IMG/VR virus record: IMGVR_UViG_3300031227_000013
Source of the DNA: a virus
DNA: 64,000 nucleotides
Direction: 5' to 3' (one strand)
How positions within the stretch are numbered: the first letter of the stretch is position 1; each line of letters begins with the position of its first letter. Made by a program: the position numbers and the translations under genes. The notes under the pieces were generated by a model. The model was not told the origin of the DNA. It saw nothing but the letters and a program-made list of their open reading frames with translations, and ran no database searches. This document shows positions 1-8,394 of the stretch, piece by piece.

Positions 1-59
1 GCATATACAAGTGCTACCACTATCAATATCATTATTACTGCACATCTTAATTGTCTCAT
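1..59 (-). CDS. 5' end of a gene running off the window; hydrophobic N-terminus (signal peptide or TM)
   Basis: Manual translation MRQLRCAVIMILIVVALVYA from ATG at 59. Confidence 0.4.
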   Translation of the reverse strand, partial: MRQLRCAVIMILIVVALVY

Positions 60-70
60 TTCTTCACTCA

Positions 71-1339
71 TTATTTATCCTCTTCATATCGCTGTATATT
101 TTTTCCCGACATTGCTTTATTTTCCTTTAACCACTCCCTTAGCCCGCATTCATTAGCGGAAAACTCTTCTTTATTCATCCACTTAGTATCAATAACAGCC
201 CCTCCATATCCGTCTTTATCGACTTGATAATACTGACTGAAATCATAACTCATTTGAGTTATACCATATTTGTATGGGTTTTCATATACATCTGTTCCCG
301 GATACGGAATGAAGTTGCTGACAAAATATTGATCTGGGTCTGCATCAATGATAAATTGCTTTGTTTCTTCAATCGTCTCTCGGGTCTCCCCGGGAAATCC
401 CAAAATAAAGAATCCTCTGGAATCCATACCATACTTCTTACACCATGAAATCACTTCTTTATTCTGCTCTACTGTAACCTCTTTATTCATTCTATCCAAT
501 ATCATCTGACTTCCGGACTCGATACCCCAGGCTACTCCCTGACATCCTGAATCAGCTAATACCTTATATGTTTCTTCTGTATCATTACCAGCCCGTCCCA
601 TACATCTGAACACCATGCCGAGTTCCTTGATGTATTCACAGATCTGTTTCATTCTATCGAGTTTAAGCGTAAATATATCATCCTGTATATTAAGGGCATT
701 TATTCCTGCGCTCTTAATAGCTCTGATTTCCATCTTAATGTTATCGATATCCAGAAATCTAACCTTATTACATATCTTGTGCATGCTATTCAACCCGCAG
801 AATGCACACTTATAAGGGCATCCCCGACTTGTTAATAGAGGTAACGACTTCCTACCCGCGATAACTCTCGAATAGCTGTTAACGTCCACCATAGACCAAT
901 CAAGCGGTGTTTGCAGATCTATTATCTTATCGCCTAGTATAATGTCATTAACTTTGTGCTTATTAGCAATTGCCGCTAAAGGCATTTCCCCGTATCCCTT
1001 GACGTAATGATCCACGTCGGGGATATCCATGTCCAGCCCTGTTACATGTGCACCACCTACGACAATCTTGGAATCTGGATTAATTTCCTTACACTCGTCG
1101 ATAATATATCTCGTAGTGTCCAGAGTAGCACAGTAGACCGTTATACCATAGATATTAGCATACTTAATATCTATCTCCTGATTGTCTCTTACTCCTGATA
1201 AGTCAGAGATATATACATCGGCCTTACTATATATCTTTAACGCCCGCGCAAGGTGTAACAACCCAAGTGGCGGATCGAGCCTATCATCTGTACAATCATA
1301 ATGCGGTGGATGGATTAAATTAATAGTCATTTTTGTCAA
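71..1339 (-). CDS. Cobalamin-binding radical SAM protein (class B methyltransferase-like)
   Basis: PPLGLLHLA and VVGGAHVT B12-domain motifs; TSRGCPYKCAFC CxxxCxxC; IESGSQMILDRMNK; FILGFPGET. Confidence 0.9.
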   Translation of the reverse strand: MTKMTINLIHPPHYDCTDDRLDPPLGLLHLARALKIYSKADVYISDLSGVRDNQEIDIKYANIYGITVYCATLDTTRYIIDECKEINPDSKIVVGGAHVTGLDMDIPDVDHYVKGYGEMPLAAIANKHKVNDIILGDKIIDLQTPLDWSMVDVNSYSRVIAGRKSLPLLTSRGCPYKCAFCGLNSMHKICNKVRFLDIDNIKMEIRAIKSAGINALNIQDDIFTLKLDRMKQICEYIKELGMVFRCMGRAGNDTEETYKVLADSGCQGVAWGIESGSQMILDRMNKEVTVEQNKEVISWCKKYGMDSRGFFILGFPGETRETIEETKQFIIDADPDQYFVSNFIPYPGTDVYENPYKYGITQMSYDFSQYYQVDKDGYGGAVIDTKWMNKEEFSANECGLREWLKENKAMSGKNIQRYEEDK

Positions 1340-1394
1340 TCCTTTACAGTCTAATCATAGACTTTACAATAACACTAAGTTTGGAATAATACAA

Positions 1395-2390
1395 CTACTT
1401 GATAGCTTCCGTAGCCTTGGCACAGTTCTCCCAATCACCTCTCTTACGCTTTTCTTCCAGCTTAAGATACATACCCTCCGTCTTTTCTTTATCGACATCA
1501 CCCAGTTCTCCGGACGCTGTCTTAATAGCATCTTCGAAAGAAACATGTGGAAATGTTTTACAGACATCGCTTTCTTTATTACAGCAGTATACTTCGAAGC
1601 CCCATTTATCGAACTCAGGTTTAAGTGCCGGAAAATATTCTGTAAGCATCCGCTTGTATGTACTGTTATTATTTTTAATAGCTCCCTTAGTACGACCTTC
1701 GTTAAATGAATATTTATGCTCTGTATCCATTTTAAGATCTACTCCCACCAGAAATACTCTGCGTATTCCCAGAATAAACATGATTCTCAGAGAGGACAGC
1801 ATTACTGAACGACACCCTCCGTACTTCTTATGACAGCCCCAGTTGATTGTATCTTCTGTCAGGAAGCGATGCGGTTGAAACTTTTCGTTACGCCGGAAAC
1901 CTACTACATTAGGACAATCCCCTACTTTAATAGAAGCTTCTTCCCACATTTGTTTTCCATCAACGAATGTAGATTTCCACAGAGGTTTAGTAAAAGCCGC
2001 CTGAGGTATGAACTTCATTATCTTAGGATCTATCCATGTTGAATAGATAAACCTGGAAGGGTCATCAACACTCGACCACATATTAGGTCTTATAAGTTTA
2101 GAACTGTTATTCATCCCGAACGTAAGTATTCCGGGATTATGTAATTTAAGATAATCCTCTTTAAGCAGGCTGGGTCCTCCACCTATAAGAAAGCAGGTCG
2201 ACCCTCTATACATCCCATCAAGGAACATAGTGTTACCTTCTCTAGTAAAGAAGTAAGGACAAACCTGTCCGAACATATACGTTCCATTAGCTGTTATATC
2301 ACCCACATCTGTACCCTCGTGTCTTTCGTACCCGTGTCGTAGTTGAGTATCATCGTTTTTGTCTTTTTGTAAACTAAGCATCCGTGCCAT
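1395..2390 (-). CDS. Maf/DUF115/GT29-GT42-like transferase (putative nonulosonate or sugar transferase)
   Basis: CFLIGGGPSL, TFGMNN..PNMWSSVD and LRIMFILGIRRVFLVGVD motifs typical of this fold. Confidence 0.65.
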   Translation of the reverse strand: MARMLSLQKDKNDDTQLRHGYERHEGTDVGDITANGTYMFGQVCPYFFTREGNTMFLDGMYRGSTCFLIGGGPSLLKEDYLKLHNPGILTFGMNNSSKLIRPNMWSSVDDPSRFIYSTWIDPKIMKFIPQAAFTKPLWKSTFVDGKQMWEEASIKVGDCPNVVGFRRNEKFQPHRFLTEDTINWGCHKKYGGCRSVMLSSLRIMFILGIRRVFLVGVDLKMDTEHKYSFNEGRTKGAIKNNNSTYKRMLTEYFPALKPEFDKWGFEVYCCNKESDVCKTFPHVSFEDAIKTASGELGDVDKEKTEGMYLKLEEKRKRGDWENCAKATEAIK

Positions 2391-2946
2391 CTTTCATTTC
2401 CTTTTGTTTAATAAAACCACTTATTTCAAAAGCTACCCCTGATAAAAGATTCATCAATCCATTATTATCAACTGTCAGATCGATCAAGTCTTCATCCAGC
2501 CCATCCTCACTAACATGTTTTCTACTTTCCATATAGTCTCCTGTATTACGAACTATCTTTATAATCATCCCTCCGTGTTTATGTATAAATTCAGCTTCGT
2601 TAGGGAAGCGTGTGTCCGGTATCAGAAGATGTTTATCAGAATGTTCTCTTAATTCTTTTTCCGCGAATTTAATCCATACATCCTGCCTGAAATTATCCCG
2701 AAATAATTCCGTCCCCACTTTCTGCAGAAACTCTCTAGGAGTAATTTCCCAGAAATCATCCACTCTCTGTTTATCTTCCAGAACATATAGTTGATTTTCT
2801 GTAAATCCGAATGTTCTCGCTATATCCTTAATAGGTTTGGCGAACGAATATTTATGAAACATCTCCGGAACCTGTTTAATTAAGAAATCAGCCAGTGTAT
2901 CTTTACCGGCCCCTAGTCCTCCTGTTATTCCTATCGGTATCTTCAT
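2374..2946 (-). CDS. Deoxynucleoside monophosphate kinase (T4 gp1-like)
   Basis: GITGGLGAGKDT P-loop, FAKPIKD, PREFLQKVGTE.FR, DVWI, DTRFPNEAEFI. Confidence 0.9.
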   Translation of the reverse strand: MKIPIGITGGLGAGKDTLADFLIKQVPEMFHKYSFAKPIKDIARTFGFTENQLYVLEDKQRVDDFWEITPREFLQKVGTELFRDNFRQDVWIKFAEKELREHSDKHLLIPDTRFPNEAEFIHKHGGMIIKIVRNTGDYMESRKHVSEDGLDEDLIDLTVDNNGLMNLLSGVAFEISGFIKQKEMKDGTDA

Positions 2947-2950
2947 TTAT

Positions 2951-3697
2951 TTACCTTTGTGTATATATCTGTTTTTTGTTTGTATTTGATCGAACGTGCT
3001 GTGCATGATATTGCAAGGGTAATGGAATTTTCTCCGATTTCAATCTGCGTCGAAAATGCATATCTGATTTTGTCTTATGATATTTAGAATAAGAGTAATC
3101 GATCTTCTTCCCCGGAACACAATACCAGGGATGTTTACTATTCTTTAATATTTCTACATTAGCAAGCTGACAGAACCCAGCCCCTATATTAGATTTCTTC
3201 TTCCCCGGTAATACCTTTATCTGCCCACACGTATCTGGAATAACGCAGGGGTATTTATATTTATTTACCAAGGCCTCTGTTTCATCGAGAGTTGTTGAGA
3301 ATCTCCGACTATGTAAGCAATGCGGGTTATCCTTATACTTATCCAGATTAAGCTGTTCGTACATTACTTTAAAGAAGTTAGGCGGATACACCATATCACA
3401 GTCAGCGAATAGAATCCAATCTGCATCACATTCATCCAGCTGTTTATTACGTGTCCAGCCCCTGTATTGAAATTCGTCTATATTCGGATAAGGTACTCCC
3501 CTTACATCCATTCCTTCTTTTCGGAATGTATCGATAACAGCCTCTGTTTCAGGATTCCCTGTTCCGGATACATAGGCTACCGACATAGATATATGCATAT
3601 CTTCCGGAAGATCCTGCTGCATCATCGACGAAAGCATCCAGCACAGACGCCTCTGGTAGAAATGGCATTGTACACAGACCATTATGTGTTTATTCAT
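2951..3697 (-). CDS. GT-A fold glycosyltransferase (GT2-like)
   Basis: GWTRNKQL, WILFADCDMVY DxD motif, GAGFCQL, KSDMHF. Confidence 0.7.
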   Translation of the reverse strand: MNKHIMVCVQCHFYQRRLCWMLSSMMQQDLPEDMHISMSVAYVSGTGNPETEAVIDTFRKEGMDVRGVPYPNIDEFQYRGWTRNKQLDECDADWILFADCDMVYPPNFFKVMYEQLNLDKYKDNPHCLHSRRFSTTLDETEALVNKYKYPCVIPDTCGQIKVLPGKKKSNIGAGFCQLANVEILKNSKHPWYCVPGKKIDYSYSKYHKTKSDMHFRRRLKSEKIPLPLQYHAQHVRSNTNKKQIYTQR

Positions 3698-3708
3698 CTC
3701 AAATTCCT

Positions 3709-4098
3709 TTAGCTTGCAGTGGTGGCGACGTATGTCGGGGCTACGTGCGCCGTTGTATAATTCGGATTAGTATATTGGGTGGTAGCCATAACAGAGGTGC
3801 TATAAGTAATAGTGGTATTATTAAAGTCATAGTTAAATGTCGGTGGAGTAACTATATTATTCCAACCAGATGTATCAATCCAATAGTTTTCTAAACGCCA
3901 GCCCGTTCCTTCTTTAAACATTATGTTATAACTTTCATTCTCCCCCTTAATGATTCCTGTATTTACTTTAAGACTCATAACTGAAAAAGGGTGTGATCTA
4001 TCTGTATTAGTAGTAAAAACAATATCCCCTTTATTTAACTGTCCTTTATACTTTATAGGTTGATTCATTCTATTATACAGTTGATATATCACATTCAT
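3709..4098 (-). CDS. Hypothetical protein with the PIKYKGQLxxGD domain shared with 44212-44679 and 44692-45015
   Basis: PIKYKGQLNKGDIV and IMFKEGTGW segments recur in the other two ORFs. Confidence 0.6.
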   Translation of the reverse strand: MNVIYQLYNRMNQPIKYKGQLNKGDIVFTTNTDRSHPFSVMSLKVNTGIIKGENESYNIMFKEGTGWRLENYWIDTSGWNNIVTPPTFNYDFNNTTITYSTSVMATTQYTNPNYTTAHVAPTYVATTAS

Positions 4099-4102
4099 TT
4101 TA

Positions 4103-4795
4103 TTACTCCTTTGTTATTTTCTCTGGCCATTCCCGTTTACCGTTGAAAGGTATTTTGTATTTAGGATGTCGGGGTCCTCCGCCCCACTTCTCTACAAAAT
4201 ACTTCCGTACTTTACCGTATTTCCTTAAAGACGGATCTTTAGAAGAGCTTCCCTTCCTGCGATATACAGCAGGGTCCAGCCCTTTCAGATTTTTTACAAT
4301 CTTAGATTTATCAATAAGCTTCATCCGCCATTCAAAATCCACATCTTCACAGTATGCCGGATAGAATGCTTCATCAAAGTACAGCCCCTCGTCGTACTCC
4401 ATATGCTCCAGACACTCCACGTTCACTGCAAACGAACAGTAGGAACATGTCCCTACCAGTAACCATTTATCAGCATACTTTTCTAACAGGGCTGGGAGGG
4501 CTACTACTGTTTCGTCGGATAACACAATATCGTCGTTCAGTAAAAGAACCCAGTCCGCTTCCCTCTTCATAACATTAAATCCCAGATTGAAGCTTCCGCC
4601 CGCTCCGAGATTTCTGGATGTTGTTGTGAGGAGTATACTATTAGTATGTATATTAGGCAGATCAGATATATCCTGTTTGCCGTTATCCACTATTAGAATG
4701 TGCTGGAATACTTCTCTGTTCCTGACCAGAGGTTCCAGACATTCCTTAAGAAGATCCACTCTATTTATTGTAGGTATGACTACTGATATGTTCAT
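4103..4795 (-). CDS. Glycosyltransferase family 2
   Basis: ISVVIPT, ILIVDNG, NLGAGGSFNLG, LLLNDD, FDEAFYPAYCEDVDF. Confidence 0.85.
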   Translation of the reverse strand: MNISVVIPTINRVDLLKECLEPLVRNREVFQHILIVDNGKQDISDLPNIHTNSILLTTTSRNLGAGGSFNLGFNVMKREADWVLLLNDDIVLSDETVVALPALLEKYADKWLLVGTCSYCSFAVNVECLEHMEYDEGLYFDEAFYPAYCEDVDFEWRMKLIDKSKIVKNLKGLDPAVYRRKGSSSKDPSLRKYGKVRKYFVEKWGGGPRHPKYKIPFNGKREWPEKITKE

Positions 4796-6006
4796 ACAGC
4801 CTCCTTACTACATCTGTACATGATCCGTTTTCCTCTATGTCCTTTGGTGACATTGATCTTTTTAACATTACCGAATCCACACTCTTTTAAATACCCTTCG
4901 ATATCCCGAGCGTTCTTAAGATGTTTAAGAATGAACATTCCCCCGGATTCTTTATGGGCTGTCTGAAAATACAGAACTCCCACTTTCTCCGACAACTCCC
5001 GCATCATCTCTTTAACCTTTTCTTCTCCGTGCTGTTTCCATATCCACATATGTACATTCAGCATGATAGCGACATCAACCTTGTGGTCCATATTATGGAC
5101 GTATTCCAATGAATCCCCGTTAAGGAAACTGACATCGGGAACCTCATAGTAATCTACAAGACTCTTTGCTACAGACCAGCTGGGCTCATCCTTTTCGATA
5201 CCTATAACTCCTGTTTTAAAATCCTCTGCGAATTTAAAACAGATGTATCCGATATTAGAACCTATATCCAGAACCCATGCTGGATCGACCTCTGTCTTTA
5301 TCAGATCGTCTTTGATAAGCTGATACTCAGAGATACACTGTTTTTTATGATAAGGAATCTCTCTATCCAGCGGAGCGAAAGGTATAGGTTGACAGGTGTA
5401 TCCGACTTTCGTAGAGTTTCCATCCTTATACTCCCCTACTCCTATCTTTTTAATCTTATTACGTATTTTATCCAGTTCCTTATCTTTAGGAAAGAAGTTT
5501 TCCAGAATCTTATTCAGAGAATATTCATCATCAAATTTACCCTTAGCTTTATATCCTCTGCCCAGATGTTTAGGAAAGTCCTCGATACTCTTGAATATAC
5601 AGCCCTTAAAATAAGCCCATGTAAAATCAAGTAGAGTAAGTTTCCCATTCAGTACCACTATATTTCTAGGAATTATATCTCTATGTATCATCTTTACTTT
5701 CTGTAAAGATTTGAAAATATTTTCCAATTGTTTCTTAGCATCGCTGTGTGATAGACAGCCCTTAGTGATAGGTTCTCCTGCATATGCTGTATATATTCTG
5801 GTAGAGTAGGGGAGCCAAAGCTGTTGCAGCCCTTTTAAGCCGTTTAAGCGCTGTAGGGCGTCGTATTCATTAGACTCCAGTATCTCGGGGGAGTATTTAC
5901 CAACTCCCTTGACAATCTCCTTACAGACCTCCAGATCGCTTATTCTCGTAATCATAGAATAGCGAGTCTGCATCTTGTTTCCTTGTTTTGATAGATTCTT
6001 ATCCAT
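4792..6006 (-). CDS. Kinase-like domain fused to a class I SAM methyltransferase (WbdD-like domain pair)
   Basis: N-half IHRDIIPRNIV..LLDFTWA; C-half VLDIGSNIGY, IGIEKD, AIMLNVHMWI. Confidence 0.75.
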   Translation of the reverse strand: MDKNLSKQGNKMQTRYSMITRISDLEVCKEIVKGVGKYSPEILESNEYDALQRLNGLKGLQQLWLPYSTRIYTAYAGEPITKGCLSHSDAKKQLENIFKSLQKVKMIHRDIIPRNIVVLNGKLTLLDFTWAYFKGCIFKSIEDFPKHLGRGYKAKGKFDDEYSLNKILENFFPKDKELDKIRNKIKKIGVGEYKDGNSTKVGYTCQPIPFAPLDREIPYHKKQCISEYQLIKDDLIKTEVDPAWVLDIGSNIGYICFKFAEDFKTGVIGIEKDEPSWSVAKSLVDYYEVPDVSFLNGDSLEYVHNMDHKVDVAIMLNVHMWIWKQHGEEKVKEMMRELSEKVGVLYFQTAHKESGGMFILKHLKNARDIEGYLKECGFGNVKKINVTKGHRGKRIMYRCSKEAV

Positions 6007-6016
6007 TACTTTTCCT

Positions 6017-7516
6017 TTATGGTTGAAAATGTTTTTTAAAGTTCATTCTGCCCCATGATTCGTCCGACATTCTTTCAGCCATATACCATAGGGTTGTATC
6101 ATGGCTGGGTACCGGGAGTCTGTCTCCGAATAAAGAAGCGCATTTACGGACAAACTCCGACTTATGAAGACATATATAAGAAGCAAGCCTCTTATGACCG
6201 TGTCTACTTTTATAAGGTATATCCAGTGGAAATATAGGTTCTTCTCCCATCTTATCTTTCCACCATTCATCGAGTATATTTAAGAAATGTTTTTTAACAT
6301 ATCCCTTCTTACTTTTAGTGTATCCGCATCTATGTCCGACAATAGATTTCGACCAGGCCTTTTCGGGAAGGATTAATTTATATCCGAATGCATATCCCGG
6401 AAGAGGTTTAGGGGTTGTATCACAATCCACTTTCAACCAATACTTCGAAGTGACATGTTCTGCTGTTCCGAATACAAAAGCACTCAACATAAGTTCTCTT
6501 GTATTAGCAGCCTCGGGCATATCCCATTGAATTATTTTTACGTTTCTATTAAGGAAGGAAAGGTCTTCTTCGGTTACTCCATTTACGAAAAGTATCATAG
6601 GATGTTCCATAATACCTTCTGTCTTCATCCACATAGGATAATTATGTTTGAGTTTAGGGAGATACTTCTGATTGACTGCAGATACGACAGTAACATCTTT
6701 TTTGTTGATAGCTTTAATATATCTGGTAAATCTCCTGTCCCCCAGCCCCTGTCCCAGAGGACCTGCATAGTCCGGATGGTTATTACGAAGACCCCAGTAA
6801 GCCTGTTTCCACAGAGCGCACAGCTCCCACTCTCCGGCATGTTTCCTGCCGTGGTAGTGAACTATCTTCATATCTTCGTAATGTTTCTCTGTAGACATCT
6901 TAACACTGACACCCCACTGTACAGGAGCAAGCCAATGTTTATATCGAGGAAGAAGCATCTGACAGCCTACCTCGTCGGGGATACGGTTATACTGAGCCCC
7001 CTCGCGGGTTATCCATTCCCACTCTTCCAGGATAGCGGCATCTCTTGTAAATCCGAATATTCCTGTGTTAGTGGCTTTACCGTATTCGAGAGCCGGTTTA
7101 ACATAATCCGGTACAAGCTTTCCGAAACTCCGGATACGCTTACTCATAGTACCGCCCTTAGTCTTCCAGCCCGCAAATTCCCCTGTGCAGAAAGTGTACT
7201 CTTTGATTTTATCGAAGTATTCGTCTATAGGAGCGACAACAAGTGTGTCGGCATCTAAAAATAAGGTAAGGTCGTAGGGAGTATTACGCCAGAGCTGAGC
7301 TTTACGGACCAGAGGTCTGGTTCCGTTGTTTTCAAGTTCCAGCATATCGCAGTTAAATTCTTTAAGAAGACCCGGTAACCACTCCGGTTGAGTCGCTACT
7401 GTGAGTACAGTTATCGGACCCTGATAATGCTGTCGGAGGGAGTAGATCGATACAAGCGCCCTTGTCACACACTTCGTTCCCTGACTTAGATATATCACAC
7501 CTTTTGTTTCTGACAT
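6017..7516 (-). CDS. Two-domain glycosyltransferase (GT8-like plus second DxD domain); start moved to MSETKG at 7516
   Basis: LFLDADTLV, NTGIFGF, DEVGCQML, KIVHYHG; second domain WLKVDCDT; GGGGA RBS before 7516. Confidence 0.75.
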   Translation of the reverse strand: MSETKGVIYLSQGTKCVTRALVSIYSLRQHYQGPITVLTVATQPEWLPGLLKEFNCDMLELENNGTRPLVRKAQLWRNTPYDLTLFLDADTLVVAPIDEYFDKIKEYTFCTGEFAGWKTKGGTMSKRIRSFGKLVPDYVKPALEYGKATNTGIFGFTRDAAILEEWEWITREGAQYNRIPDEVGCQMLLPRYKHWLAPVQWGVSVKMSTEKHYEDMKIVHYHGRKHAGEWELCALWKQAYWGLRNNHPDYAGPLGQGLGDRRFTRYIKAINKKDVTVVSAVNQKYLPKLKHNYPMWMKTEGIMEHPMILFVNGVTEEDLSFLNRNVKIIQWDMPEAANTRELMLSAFVFGTAEHVTSKYWLKVDCDTTPKPLPGYAFGYKLILPEKAWSKSIVGHRCGYTKSKKGYVKKHFLNILDEWWKDKMGEEPIFPLDIPYKSRHGHKRLASYICLHKSEFVRKCASLFGDRLPVPSHDTTLWYMAERMSDESWGRMNFKKHFQP

Positions 7517-8354
7517 TCTCAATTCCCCTGTAAAGTTTTTGTACCGTTTTATTACCGGCCTTGTTATATTCAGTGTAATATGTATGAAAACCCATGAAAT
7601 CATTCTCTAAAGCTTCCTGACATATATCACGCCACATTTTCAGCTTATTAAATGTACCACGTACACAGTGAATTGCAAGAGGTGAATTGAGATTTTTTGT
7701 ATTTATTCCATCTTTTATGAATTTAGAGTTAATAGGCATGCTCCAATGATAGGAGGCTGTCCCTGCATGCCCCTGTGCTTTAAGGATACACATCGCGAAC
7801 TCTTCGGGGTTTCTGTGCAGGTAGTTGTTCTTATAGGTCTTACTTATCATATCCGTCCACATATACGCCTGATCGGATTTCTTTACAGCCCCCGCGCACC
7901 CTCCGTTGATAGCGTGGAAGAAAGGCAGTTTCTCCCCTATACATTTCTCAGCCTCTCTTTTCTTTCTACTGCATTGTCCCGGAGTATTGTTAGCGGAAGT
8001 GCATACCAGCCCGTGCTTCTCTATAAGGTCAAATATAGAATAATCGAATTCAGACATCCAGATATGGTCGAGATCGTAATACAGGTTTACATCGAAAGGA
8101 TACTGGTCTATGTGGTGGTAAGCTTTCCTGCACCACAGGTCTATACGTTTAAGACCCAGCCCGTGCCTTAGCTCGTCCTCTATACAGAATGTATCGGGGA
8201 GCTCGTTTATCCGGGCTGTGATAATAGGTGAGAAGCCAGGGTCTGTTATAAAACAGATGGGGCCCTTGTAGTGCCTTCTTAAGGTTAGAAGGGCTGTTGG
8301 AATAAGATAGTTGATTCCAAATCCCGCTATATAAAAAACAATTCCTCTTTCCAT
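7362..8354 (-). CDS. GT8-like nucleotide-diphospho-sugar transferase
   Basis: GIVFYIAG, LYYDLDHIW, INGGCAG, PEEFAM, AIHC; same architecture as the neighbour's N-domain. Confidence 0.65.
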   Translation of the reverse strand: MERGIVFYIAGFGINYLIPTALLTLRRHYKGPICFITDPGFSPIITARINELPDTFCIEDELRHGLGLKRIDLWCRKAYHHIDQYPFDVNLYYDLDHIWMSEFDYSIFDLIEKHGLVCTSANNTPGQCSRKKREAEKCIGEKLPFFHAINGGCAGAVKKSDQAYMWTDMISKTYKNNYLHRNPEEFAMCILKAQGHAGTASYHWSMPINSKFIKDGINTKNLNSPLAIHCVRGTFNKLKMWRDICQEALENDFMGFHTYYTEYNKAGNKTVQKLYRGIENVRNKRCDISKSGNEVCDKGACIDLLPPTALSGSDNCTHSSDSTGVVTGSS

Positions 8355-8394
8355 TACAGTCTACGAGCCTCCTGAAGTTCTCCAATTAAGTTAG

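Noticed and set aside
7362-7516. 155-nt overlap of two GT genes suggesting a frameshift or fusion
   Set aside because: The downstream gene has its own RBS and start; the extension is most simply a drifted stop codon
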